A DNA stretch of 64,000 nt, from assembly GCA_951406725.2 (NCBI GenBank), contig OX597834.1, positions 40,920,001 through 40,984,000 of the forward strand, given 5' to 3'. A program made the position numbers and the translations under genes. Positions 26,701 to 40,060 of this stretch are shown here, piece after piece (the first letter of the stretch is position 1; every line of letters begins with the position of its first letter). The notes under the pieces are model-generated. The model was not told where the DNA came from. It saw nothing but the letters and a program-made list of their open reading frames with translations, and made no database searches. This DNA comes from Octopus vulgaris. Lineage: Eukaryota.

Positions 26701-27185
26701 TTAACCCTTTCGTTACCAACCCGGCTGAAACCGGCTCTGGCTCTGAGTACAAATGTCTTATTTTCAAAAGTTTTTAATTAAAATCTTCCACCAAACCTTA
26801 GTCACAATTTATGTTCCTAACACTAAGCTTAATGATAACTAAGTTATTGTACTAAATTCTTTGTTATATTTAAAATTAATTGAAAGAAACAGAGAGCATC
26901 TCAAAATAAATATGGTAACAAAAGGGGTAAACAATATATAATAGAGAAACAATTCTTAACCCTTTTGATACCAACCCAGCTGAAACCGCCTCTGGCTCTG
27001 TAGTACAAATGTCTTGTTTTCATAAGTTTTTAATTAAAATCTTCCACCAAACCTTAGTCACAATTTATATTCCTAACACTAGCTGAATGATAACTAAGTT
27101 ATTTTACTAAATTTTTTATTATATTTAAAATTAATTGAAAGAAACTCAGAACATCTCAAAATAAATACGATAACAAAATGGTTAA
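26701..27185. mobile_element. piggyBac-type MITE, head-to-tail dimer
   Basis: Two ~230-bp units, each TTAA-CCCTTT...AAAGGG-TTAA-like, joined by a 25-bp spacer. Confidence 0.85.
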
Positions 27186-27344
27186 TTAATACTATATGGC
27201 TATCAAGCAACTTTAGCTATATATTATATTTATAAATATACCAACAAAACAATGTACCCAATAACACTTCCAATCAATTCAGATCAGAAGCTGTGAGGGC
27301 CATTGCCTGGTACTGCACTAGGGCAATTATTATTATTATTATTA

Positions 27345-27572
27345 TTAACCATTTTGATTCCAACCCAGCTGAAACTGCCTCTGGCTCTGTAGTATAAATG
27401 TCGTTTTCATAAGTTTTGAATTAAAATCTTCCACCAAATCTTAGTCACAATTTATGTTCCTAACACTAGCTTAATGATAACTAAGTTATTTTAATAAATT
27501 CTTTGTTATATTTAAAATTAATTGAAAGAAACACAGAGCATCTCAACAGAAATATGGTAACAAAAGGGTTAA
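27345..27572. mobile_element. piggyBac-type MITE monomer, same family
   Basis: TTAA ends; body nearly identical to the units at 26701-27185. Confidence 0.85.
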
Positions 27573-30500
27573 GTCAGTAACAATACTGTAAAATTGACTG
27601 CTGTTTTGTTGGTTTATGGCACTGAGTTCAATTCTGCTTGCTGAGAAATATAAAAAGCTAGCTGCCAAGCCTGAAGAAATTTTGTCATACATCTGCTCAA
27701 CACTAAAGAAACCAAAAGTACCGGCTGACTGAATGGCGCAGATTTGTAAAATAATATCCAATATGATCTTGATAGACGTGAGAAGATTGAAGAGACCAAG
27801 AAGATAAATCAGGGACCATATGCAGGACCTAATTCTAATAAAGGAAGAGGGTAATGTGCTTGACATTTTGTAGGCCTTCACAGATTAGAGAGATTGGTGT
27901 GGCAGTGCAAAGTCTGTAAGAGGATTGAATACAGGGGGGGAAGGAAATTGTGGATCTGGCTTGACAGCTTACAACAGGGTGAACTCTACTAAAGACACCT
28001 AAGATGCTAATTCATGCAACATATTAAAAGACACCCAAGACAAGGTAGCAGTGTTAAACTGAATGACGTTAAGCCTACCATCCAACACACCTAAGCACTA
28101 TGTAGTTGTGTTAAACTGGGGTGGCATGCCAGGCATTCTACCACAAAGCAATCAAGGACTAAGAAGTGAGGATAGACCAGATACTATGTTAGGTATACCA
28201 CTGGAAAAGCACTCAAGGACCAGCAAGTAGCGCTAAATGCTAAATCAAGCATAGTTTGGACAGAGATTTACCTTCTAGAGCCTCTCTCTCTCTCTCTTTC
28301 TCTCTGACAGACAAATAGATGTATTACCTGCTTCATTTTATCCTCAATTCTTCATTAATAAACCATATGATTGTCTTTCAAAATTGGTTCAACATGGTTT
28401 AGACAGACAGGCTCGGAATTCAGATATGAAGGATGGCTGCAGCTAAATTCCAAATCATACAATGAAATTTTGCAAAAGCAAGCCACTTTACATGTATACT
28501 TACATCCAAGATTTTGGATCAGTGGTTGTTTAGCTGGAATGCCTGCTTTTTTGCTGTAAGTCTGCTAAAGTGCAACCAACCTGGAACCCCCATCCACCAA
28601 CCCCAAATAAAAGCACACATACACCTCCACAACAACAACAACATTAGTGAAAGAAACAAACAGCTTAACTCCAGTATGATTTGAACTAAGAACCAGTTCT
28701 TAATTATCCCTGATTTAGTTAAGCATTCCACTAATGAGTCATCCATCATTCCCAGTTAATCCACCTAATACATGTGAATGGAGCAAGATTAAATAGTAAT
28801 CCTTGTCTCACAAAAGTATTTTCCATAAAAACCTTGATTCCCAAGATTTTCTCATTTTCTAAGAGGTGAATATCAGAGAAATATTTCTTCACTTGGCTCT
28901 TCCTCATTTCCCCTCTCCAAACAATCTAACTTAATCTTGACCACTGAACCACAGATCTACTGCTTGGAAATTTAGACAGAAATGAGGCGTCCAGAATCTG
29001 ATTGTCAGATATTTCAGACTTCTCATGACCAGCAGTATCCATTATTGGTTGATCAATCTCCTATTATCTTCTACATTAGACCAATAGAGCACTAACCTCT
29101 TTTAGTTCCTACAACCACACACAGCACAAGTAGAACTCAGCAAGAATTGAGCTCAGTATGCTACAACCGCCACAGAAGCAGATGAACTCAGCTAAACACA
29201 CATATTGTCACTGTTCTTATGTTGTGGAGCCTATTTACAGCCAAATATCTTAGTCATATACACAACAAAGCACCAGTGACTGGATATGTACTTCCAACCT
29301 CTCAGATGATTGACTGGCAGCCCATTGTTTAGCACCCTGTCGATAGATAAGTCACTTCAGTACCCTACAGGCAGGTACTCCTTTATTCAGTATCTTATTG
29401 AATGCTAATTCCTTGTTCAGTACACAAAAGAAGGCGTGTGAATTAGTGGTTAGGGCAATCGGCTGACCAAAGGGTTTGCAAAATTTCACTCACGAGGATT
29501 AATCAACCTGAGGATATGATAGAAGACACTTGCCCAAGGAGCAGTACAGTGGAATCGAACTCTTAAAGCCATATGGTTGCAAAGCAAGCTTCTTAACCAC
29601 ACAGCCATACCTGCGTTCTTTCTTTTCTTCTACAAAGTTCAAACAGATGAACAATTAACCTATCCTTCCAAACTTTTATCAGATGCTGTCCTTTTGGTGT
29701 CAAAGACAGTGCACACGTGTATGTAGTGAGGGTAGAATCATAATATTCAATTCTCACTGCATAGACATGAAGGTTTAACAAAAGTTTGTGAAATGCACCT
29801 GGAAGTCATTAATTAAGCAAAGCAAAAATTTTGCAACACTAAGCTGTCAAATTCAATTAACTTCCTCTTCATTAATTAATTTGTCTACTTCAAAATGGTG
29901 GCCTTCTTGCTTACTTCTCTCTACTACACCATTCAATACAATACTACCTCCACTACACTAACACCACATCCTACAACTGCCTCTCTACAACAACTACTAC
30001 TACTACTACCATTATTATCACACTACACCTGTGACACCCCACTACTGCCTTACACTGTCACTTTGCACCTCTGATACACTCCACTACTGCAACATTCTCT
30101 CTCTCTGCTACACCACTGCCACACTGCACACAGCATACCTCAGTACTGTTTTTCTACTGCATGACTATCTCTCTCCCTACTACTAAAACTGCTCTATTTA
30201 TTATACACCTGACTACTGCCTAACATGTCCAACCATAGACCACCACTGCCTCTACCATGTCCTTTCTCTATCAGATTCCTGAGACACTCAACCATTATAC
30301 ACCTTATCTCACTATACCTTAAAATAGGGACCAGAGTAACCAGTGCCACCACATGGTCCAGCCCTTGCTGCAGTATAGTAGCTAGTGTGCCTCAATAACC
30401 CTGAAGACTATGCTAGTGGAATGCAAGCTGCTGGTGGGGCCACCATGCTGGACAGGCCACAGAACAGAGGCCAAACAGATATGGACCACCAAATAGCAGA

Positions 30501-31846
30501 GGTAAAAATGGATTTGCGCACAGCCAACAACCCTACCTAGAAAAAATGCAAATTACAGAAATATCGATGACAACTCAAAATCAACAAAACCTGGGAGAGG
30601 ACAATCCAAAAGTCAAGAAATATGGAGAAAAGTCATCAATCGCCAATACTCTGCAGAGAGCAAAATGCTTAAGTATGTATGAGCAATAATTGAGATAATT
30701 AACAAAGTTCTTTGACTTGCTCACAACACTACCCAAATATTCCACAACCATCAGCTTATTGTCTTGTCTAATGTAACACTTATTCATTTATATTATTTTG
30801 AATTAATCATGCATTATCTTGCAGCTTTAAAATTTCAATGATGTGACAATATTTTTTATAGAATGACATCATAGGATTGGTGCAAGAGGCTGGATCTGGC
30901 TGGTTTGAACATTTAATAGGTAGAATATTTGGGCTCGATATGGCCAGTTTAAATGCTAAAGGGTTAATATTTATGTGTTAGAATAAATGGTCTCAGTCCT
31001 AAATACTAGAACCAATACTTCCTACAACAAAGATGATTGGACATGGCTAAAAACATTGATGCAATGTCTTGTTTGGTCTACTCTCTTTGAAACATGGGGC
31101 TTGCCATATAACTGAGTATAACTTAGTGGAGAAGGGCTACCTAACAAGACTGATGAGCGAGTAGGCATGCACACACATATGCACACATATACAGAGATTG
31201 GTTGATATATTTTATATCTCTCGCATGAAATATCTTCTGACAGAAAGAAAAAAAAATCATCCTAGTGCAATAACCAAACAGACCATTTTTTAAGAACAAT
31301 GTTGCTGAACTACAGGGAATTAACTAACACAATGTGCTTAACGACTAATTTGGCACATGCAAATTCTAACACCCAGTCTTCAACATCGTAACAAGGCAAA
31401 TAAATAAAACATATACAGGCTGATGCTAAATGAACCCCTTGATGTGAAAAAAAAAAAAAATAATGATAATAATAATAATTCTCTCGGCAATCACTGTTAC
31501 TAGAACCTTCCAACCATTAGTTCACATCAGCATCAATATGAGAGAGATAGCTCACTGCATAAAAACAGCATCCAACACACTCCAGATTACCATTAATGCC
31601 CAGACCCACTTCTCCAGCTTCCTGTCTCACACCAACTGTAGTTATCTTAAGAACGGTTGCAGGAAATCTACTAAGAGGGATGATACTGTGTTTAGGCTTT
31701 TCTTTTTTTTTTCTCTTCTCTTTTATTAAAGCATAAATCAAGACTGGCTACTATTAGTTTGCCAAGCAATGTAGATATTTCAATTACTCACAGATTAGAT
31801 AAACGGCATTTTTATGTGTGTGTTTGTGCACATGTGTATCATTCAG

Positions 31847-31900
<54 letters not shown>

Positions 31901-32049
31901 TATACATGAACACATGCATAAAAATGTCATTCATATATATATATATATATGCGTGTGTGTGTACATATTTTCAGCCTCCCAGCTTGCCAGTCCTTAAACC
32001 ATCCGACCCATGCCAGCATGGAAAGCGGATGTTAAACAACAACAATGAT

Positions 32050-32081
<32 letters not shown>

Positions 32082-32149
32082 CATACATACATACATACAT
32101 ACACACACACACATATATATGATGTGTATATATATATACATATATATGA

Positions 32150-32205
<56 letters not shown>

Positions 32206-32764
32206 GTATACATATAAAATGTACAAATATGTAAATAATTCCCTAATGCAAAGTTTTGATTCATGAGATATCCTGTTGGTTGGTTGTGAGGAGGAAGGAG
32301 AGGAGGAGAGAGATTGGCAAAAGGAATCTGGCTGACACTCTCAGAACTTATCTGAAATGGAAGTAGTATTACAAAGGGTTAATGAATTCACGGTATTGTT
32401 TGGTGCAATCGAGGGGGAGAACCACTCGAAATATTTTGGCAATCCAATTAATCAGAGAACAGATGACCGACCCAGAAGAAACGAGCTTGTTTTTGTTCAT
32501 TATTTTGCTTTTGTTTTTGTTGCTCTTTTTATTTTATTTTTGTTTTTCTTCTTCTTTGTTTTCTTTTTTTTTTTACCTTTCCACAATAATATCAGCAAAC
32601 AGTTTTTTTCAAGTTTGAACTCATGGCTTTGACTCCATTTCATCTCTGAAACTAAAGTACAGAACAGCACAGCATGATGGTATGGTATGGTATGTTATGG
32701 TCAACGTACTTAGAGTTACTGTTTAATCCATCACAACAACTATACATATATACATACACACACA

Positions 32765-32890
32765 TAATACAAATAAGATAATGGAGAAGCAAATTTAGTT
32801 TGTTCATCAACTTACGGATATTAGAATATTCTAATATCTGAAAGTTGATGAACAAACTAAATTTGCTTCTCCATTTTCTTATTTGTATTA
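32765..32890. repeat. 126-bp near-perfect palindrome (fold-back element)
   Basis: 63-bp arms, 3 mismatches, no spacer (centre GAATATTC); lies between (CA)n and (TA)n tracts. Confidence 0.95.
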
Positions 32891-33062
32891 TAAATTTACG
32901 GTAAAAATATGTCTTTACCTTCACCTGTTTAATACAATAAATGAGTTAATTGCATTGCAATTAAAAACATTTATGTATTAAGAATCTGAGTACTTTACCA
33001 ACAGTATGTTGGATAAATGATATCCCATAGTGGGTTACACCCATAACCCCCATATTACTTTG

Positions 33063-33123
<61 letters not shown>

Positions 33124-34217
33124 TACATACACACACAGTACTAAGTCACAACATTCAATTTAATTTTAGTTCAGTTTTTAAATAAAGATTTTCAAGGTCT
33201 TGTTCATGACAGACACTGTGAACTTGAAAACTCGTAAGAATTTTCAGAGGGAGGAGATGATAGAAGCAGATACAGAAGATGAATTCAAAAGATGACTGAA
33301 GAAGAGAAAGCAGAAGGAAAAGGAGGAGGAAAACAAAAAGAGATTAAATTCATTAATTTGCATAAATGATCTTATTGTTCTTTTTTACCCCTTTCAACAA
33401 GGAAAAATGATCTCTTATGCTCTTGCTAAACACCTGTAAACAGTTTCAGGTAGAAGAGAAATTAAATGAAACTGCTGCAGAGATGTTCTGCCAAAGAAGC
33501 TTTTATTGGCAAAGAAAATTGTAAATTAGGATAATAAGATAATGGTGGAGTGGGATGGGGTGGGTTTAGCTGCTGCTGACTCCGCAGCGAGGGAGCAGGG
33601 GATGAGTTCTTCTTTACTCAGCATTGTGCCAATGCATGAGAAACGGAGAACAAATACAGAAAACAATGGAAATCGGAGAATTGCTTCCAAAAGGGTAATA
33701 ATGATGAAAAACAAAAGAAAAAAAAAGAGCTTTCAGTAATGGGAAGTAAAAGTCAAATTAGCAGCAATAACATCAACAACAATATCAGATCAATACACAG
33801 CATGGGAATCCAAAGACTGCAAGAAATCCTCTCAGAATTTTCAAACTCTGTAAACATAGTTTTAACAAAGAAAATTTTCTATAATTTTCAGAATAACATT
33901 TATTCTAACGTTTGTCATTGATAAATGAAATAACAAGAAAAAAAAAAAAAAAAAAGAAAATTATATTCTAAGCTTGTTTTTAAAACTTCAATGTTTCTCT
34001 ATTCAGAAGCTGTTAACTTGGTGAAACCTATAAACCTATGCATCATAGCATGACTTTAAGGAATGAATATATTTATGTAAAGAGAGAGATTTTCTTTTTT
34101 GCAATTTTGGTTTCATTAGTTTGTTTAAATCTATTCAAATTCAAAACACTGACTAAAATATACACACATAGAAATACAGAAGATATATAAGCAAAATTAA
34201 AGTGCTTAAGAACACAG

Positions 34218-34256
<39 letters not shown>

Positions 34257-34464
34257 TATTGTATATTATATATATTAAATATATATATATATATATATGT
34301 ATATAGAGAGAGAGATACACATACACATTTTTTTCAATTATCAAAACATTATTTACATAAACATTGATGACATATAAAAGATAAATACATAATATATATA
34401 CATACATTTTTTCAAATATCAAAAATTTATATATATTACATCAACAACAAATATATAAAAAATA

Positions 34465-34709
34465 TATTTATATATATATACATATACATACATACATATA
34501 TACACATTATATATATATACACATTACATATATATATACACACATTACATATATATATATATACACATTACATATATATATACACACATTACATATATAT
34601 ATATAATATATATATACACATTACATATATATATACACACATATATATATATACATATATATATATACACACATTACATATATATATATGTACATATTAC
34701 ATATACATA

Positions 34710-34773
<64 letters not shown>

Positions 34774-34785
34774 CATACATACATA

Positions 34786-34855
<70 letters not shown>
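34465..34855. repeat. Compound microsatellite with ACACATTACATATAT higher-order units, just 3' (transcript sense) of exon 4b
   Basis: Repeated CACATTACATATATAT blocks followed by (TA)n. Confidence 0.9.
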
Positions 34856-34991
34856 CAAATTAGCATATAAAGAATACGTACAGAATACAAATTCAAAAAG
34901 TAGGTTCAAGGTTCAACTCCCCTTCCCAAACAGAAGATAGAAATTTACAAAGTCACTTCCAAGATTGTCTGAAGGTTCAAAGAATACTTAC

Positions 34992-35069
34992 AATGCCATC
35001 TCTTTGAGGTTACTGTAAATGTCTTCATCCTCATCGTATTCTTGGGTTTCTACGAAGGGTGGAAACTCG
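34992..35069 (-). CDS. vav: Vav acidic-region exon 4b (EFPPFVETQEYDEDEDIYSNLKEMA), phase 2 to 2; carries the Y142-equivalent DEDIY motif
   Basis: ttgctttctag|CGAGTTTCCA...ATGGCATT|gtaagt; 78 nt; resembles Vav1 PFPTEEESVGDEDIYSGL (recalled). Confidence 0.9.
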
Positions 35070-36691
35070 CTAGAAAGCAAACGAAGTACACAAAAGCTAA
35101 GCTAAGACAAGACACATGATCACAGGTTCCACTTCCAAACAAAGTGACCCACCACCAACAACCATCGCTTCAGAGCCAGCTGCCACTTCTGCTATTCCAT
35201 TGCATCAGACCAAACAACAACAACAGACTGCGGAAGTTTGGAGAGAGAGAGAGTTGACAAACTTATTTAGATTTGAAGAAAACACATGCCCAAACACGCA
35301 CAAACACACAACAACAACAACACAAACAATAACACACACTCAAGAACGGTCAAACTAGAAATTAAATGTTCATACAGGTTAGAATAAAGCGAATATTCTG
35401 ATTGGTTGAAATGCAGTTCTTTGTTATATTTTCGTTTCGTTTTATTTTTCTCATCCACTCAGATTAGTTATTAGTATCGTTTCGATGTTAAAAGTTGAGG
35501 GTTAAAAGAAGAATGGTTACAAGAAGCATGGATCAGTACCTGATACCTGAATTAGAATGTGACTATCTTATTACATCCATGGTGGTTGTTGCAATTATTA
35601 TTATTATTAAGAATGTAGTTAGCTGATAGAATTGTTATCATACTGGACAAAATACTTGGTGGCATTTCATCTGCCTTTATGTTCTGAGTTCAAATTCTGC
35701 TGAGGTTATCATCCTATCGGAATCAATGAGATAGAAACCCGTTAAGCATTAAGACCAATGTAACTAACTAACCCCACATCGTGTAAAAAAAAAATCTAAG
35801 TAAAAAGGATTATTATTATTATTATAGTAGAGGGGATTATCATTATTATTATTATTTTCCTCTTTGGCCAAGGGCTCATCAACTTTTTCAAGTTTCACTT
35901 GAAAAGGAAAGTGAGGGTGGATAGGAGAGTGTTGTCATCTAACAGGTTTGCTGAAAGGTGGGTGAATGTCCAGAAAATGGCCAGTGTCAAAGGAACGGGA
36001 TTGCCTTCAAAATATCTGACCATTAACCACATTTTTGATCCCCATCAAGTGTCTAATTCCTAGATATGTACACAGAAACAGTCTGAATTTGAACTAGAAA
36101 CCCTATTTAGTAGAAACAGTTTCAATTCAGTCAAGTACCTTTATTTCGAAACTAAAGGTAATAAAAATATATAAAGGTTCCCCACTTCAAATTCATTTTA
36201 GTACTATGTACCTATCCAGACACCTGATGATGATGAGTGTAGCTGAAATTGTCTGCAACACTGAATAGATGCAATTATTAAAGTTTCATTTTTAAACACA
36301 AGATTAGTAAAAAAATTCTTTATTTAGGAAATGTTTTAGAGAACAAGTGGTGTAGTAGTCTGTAAAGTTCACTTATCCCCAAATTTCATACTTATACCTA
36401 GCTAGCTCTGGGGTCAATTGGATAAGAGATTAATATCCCCATGGAATACACCACCAATCACAGGTAATATTCCTAGATCTGGTATCTATCTATTCACTGA
36501 AGACAGCTTTTTTTAGTAATTAAGCACTCAAATATTAAATATTATAGCAGTCAGCTAATCTATTCCATAGCCAGATCTGATGGCTGGTTTAATAAACAAA
36601 TGAACTGGTAGTCTAGTTTTCTACCAGACTACCAGATGATCTGGTGGCTTCCTACTCTATCAGACAACCAAACGAATTAGTAACAAAACAC

Positions 36692-36778
36692 TCTATCAGA
36701 CTACCTGTTGATCTGGTAACGAGCTATTCTATCAGACTACCTGTTGATCTGGTAACGAGCTATTCTATCAGACTACCC
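36692..36778 (+). repeat. 36-bp minisatellite (CTATCAGACTACCTGTTGATCTGGTAACGAGCTATT), ~2.3 exact copies within a degenerate array at about 36600-36930
   Basis: Direct repeats read from the sequence. Confidence 0.8.
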
Positions 36779-37744
36779 AGATCATCTGGTCGATAACCAT
36801 TACACTAAATAACCAGTTGTCCAGGTAGCTTGCTATTCTACTCGATTACCAAGCATTTTGAGAGCTAGCTTTTTTATGTAACAGTTAGATCTGGTTGCTA
36901 GTTATTCTCTCAAGCAACCAGATATTGTACCCAACAGGTAAATTTTCAAATCACTATTACACATTGGTGCAAATGAAACTACAAAATACCAGCAACAGAT
37001 TTCAAACAACTCACACCAGGAGCTGGTCATCAGTGTTATACCTTAATCCGATCGAACTCAATCTGTTTGTGACTAACCTAAAAATATCTGCTGTGTAAAT
37101 CTTATCAGAACAACCATATCAATGTTCACGCCAAAATGAACTTAAGACTTTTGATAAACAGAAATCGACAGAAAAAAACTGCCCAACAAAGTATGGGAGA
37201 AGGTTGCAACTTTGATCTAATCAACTAAAATCACTAAAAGTGATAAGTGCCAGAATGGTTGAAGTCCAAGGATTGAAACCAATAAAAGAATCAAGGAATA
37301 CAAGAATACACAGCAAACATTAACTTGACTCAATTCTGTCTTTGGAATACAGAAACTTTATTAAATAGCTACACAGTTAGCAGTTGTTATTAAGCCCAGG
37401 GCCCAACCTAATCAAAGGTTATCCAGCTCTGATCGTCCCATCTTTTCATGGATATGTTGGACTAGATTGTCTACAAAATATGAATTACACCTATCTTTTG
37501 ACAAATAGGTGTGTTTACACCAATTTATCTACAGCAAGAATTCTTCTCTATGACAAAATACAGTGAATGACTTTCTTACAGATTCCATTATATCTTAATT
37601 ATATTTGAACTGGTAACAACTTTAGATTGTCTATAATATTCTTTCTATGTTTAAGATGAAAGTCTCCTTCCTTTATTGAAGATGGATGCAATTCAAGAGT
37701 GATTTGACTGCCATTTCTAACAGATTGCTAAATATAGTCAGGCA

Positions 37745-37965
37745 GGTTCATTTAAAGAGGAGTTACTCTTTTGTTCTCCTGCTGACACAGCTACCAAGAC
37801 TGAAGATATTCTGGAAAAAGTTTCATTTTGTCTGACATTCATGGGATTAGAGAATATTTTATGGGATAATGTCTGTAAGTGCTGCCTAGATGGAGCATCA
37901 ACCTAAAATACTGGGAACAAAATCTGAATTTTAAGATAATGTAAGGAAGCAAGCTTCAACTGTAA
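37745..37965 (+). pseudogene. Fossil hAT (Buster/Charlie-like) transposase fragment
   Basis: Translates with frameshifts and stops to GSFKEELLFCSPADTATKTEDILEKVS...LWDNVCKCCLDGA...LGTKSEF*..VRKQA, matching the EEFLFC...W..C..ICTDGA..M.G..SGF pattern; hAT-like end GGTTGAGAACCACTG at about 38624-38638. Confidence 0.65.
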
Positions 37966-38049
37966 AAAGGCCTCAAAAACACTTCCAGTGCAACTAGGTT
38001 ATAAAACTCCATCATAAAACATCATCCTAATTAAAGTATACGTATATGT

Positions 38050-38358
38050 GCCAGTGGCACGTAAAAATCACCAACCGATCGTGGCCGTTGCCAGCCTCCT
38101 CTTCTCCCTGTGCCGGTGGCATGTAAAAATCACCAACATATGGTGGCCGTTGTCAGCCTCCTCTTCTCCCTGTGCTGGTGGCACGTAAAAAGCACCCACT
38201 ACACTCACTGAGTGGTTGGCGTTAGGAAGGGCATCCAGCTGTAGAAACACTGCCAGATCAGACTGGAGCCTGGTGCAGCCTCTTGGCTTCCCAGACCCTG
38301 GTCGAACTGTCCAACCCATGCTAGCATGGAAAACGGACGCTAAACGATGATGATGATG
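38050..38358 (+). mobile_element. Repeat with internal GTGGCACGTAAAAAGCACC subrepeats and a (GAT)n tail (SINE-like; tail probably shared with an RTE LINE)
   Basis: Homologous copies at 16635-16785, 54270-54650, 57585-57870, 53300-53475 and, on the opposite strand, 60150-60325. Confidence 0.7.
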
Positions 38359-38944
38359 TATTAATTCCAAAAAAATAAGAATTTCAGGAAGAAAGCCCTA
38401 AAACAGCACACATTCTCTCCTAATGATCCCATAAGCTTGCTAGCAACCAGTATGCAGAGCTTTCAACAGGTAGCACGTGCATCTGCAAGTTGTTAGCAAA
38501 AGAGAAAAAATTGCATATTATTTAAATGCGACTTTTGACTCTCACAATCTTGAAAAGGAGAGAATAGGATTTTGAAACATGATTTAAAGGATGGATGGAG
38601 TAAAAAAAGACAGAAAAAAAAAGGGTTGAGAACCACTGATGTATAAGCTTCTTTGTTGCTTTCAATAACTGATAGTCGTGGTCGCATTACATTTGAAAAT
38701 GTTCTAAACTGTAATGTTGGCAGGACTCTTCACTTCTAATTCTATTAGAGTTTATAAGGAACAGTTGGAGACTTGCCTGCAATCTTTATAGATACATCAG
38801 TTGCCAACATAATTAGGTCTTACCATTCCACCAGACCCTTCCCATCTCTCTCTCTCTCTCCAATTTTTTTCCTTTTTTTGGTTTTACACATACATATATC
38901 TCTCAATTCATAATTTGTTGCCAGAAAGTCAGATGAATATTGTG

Positions 38945-38979
<35 letters not shown>

Positions 38980-39142
38980 CTTTACATGTATACACACACA
39001 TAGACTAAGAACAGGCAAGGTTGAACATTCAATAAGTTAGCTGTATTTGGTAAGTTAGCCACAAGTTCAATCCAATTGCACAGCACTTTGGACAAGTATC
39101 TTCCACTATACCACTAAGTCAACTAATGCCTTGTAAGCCCAT

Positions 39143-39176
<34 letters not shown>

Positions 39177-40060
39177 TTTCTAATCTGCATTGAGTTACAC
39201 TACAGGTGGTGATGTCACCATTTGTAACTAAACATCGACCAGTGACATTTCTTGACATTTCCCGTCATTAACTTGTCCACTAGCTCTACACTTTCAAATT
39301 CCTCTGCAATTAAAATTTCCTTGAAAAATTATAATGATTGGTTGCAGCAAGGGCATCCAGCCTCACAAATCTTACCTTACATCCTTTCCCCATCAAATCA
39401 TTGCCAGCATGGAAAGACAGACACACAAATGTCAAACTGTCTAACCCATGCCAGCATGGAAAGCGGATGTTAAACAATCATCAATCTATCTGTGTGGGAG
39501 CCCTTTCAAGTGGTCGTTTGTGCTCACACAGGTACCACTCAACAACTACCCAGGTCCCCTAATTATCAGTGTACCATGCAACATGTCAGGCCTATCTGAT
39601 TTGATTCAGACAGTATTCGACAATAAAGTGCTTTACTCCAGTTCTTTCTCTGATCTGCTTGTTTCAGATGTGATCTCTCAAGGAAATAGTATATACAATG
39701 TATATCATATACAAGCAGGGCCATCTACCTGAAGTGATTTGTCTACCTTCCTTCTTACTAAGACTTTGGTTTTGGCTAGATTCACTCCAAGGCCTTTCAA
39801 TTCTAGACTTTGCTTCCACACCTGAAACTTCTCTAGTTCTGATAGTGTCTAAGCTATTAGAGCAAGGTCATCAGCATAGAGGAGCTCCCAGGGGTATCCT
39901 GTCTTGAATTCCTCCATTATTGCCTGGAGGATTATGATAAGAGAGGGCTGAGGAATGATCACATTTAGATGGTGCTTCACCAGATGGAGTACTTTATTTT
40001 GTTGATCATACCTTCATGGAATGGTATAATGTAATGTAATATAATATATATATATATATA

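Noticed and set aside
28503-28590. Candidate exon ending at a gtaagt donor near 28502
   Set aside because: Each upstream AG tested gives a stop or an incompatible phase in the Vav frame.
33526-33739. Overlapping short ORFs or an alternative first exon in a GC-richer patch
   Set aside because: No recognisable homology, no convincing in-frame donor and no promoter evidence from sequence alone.
36218-36262. CTGATGA...GAAA hammerhead-like words
   Set aside because: Stems I, II and III do not pair convincingly; at best an unrecognisable fossil.
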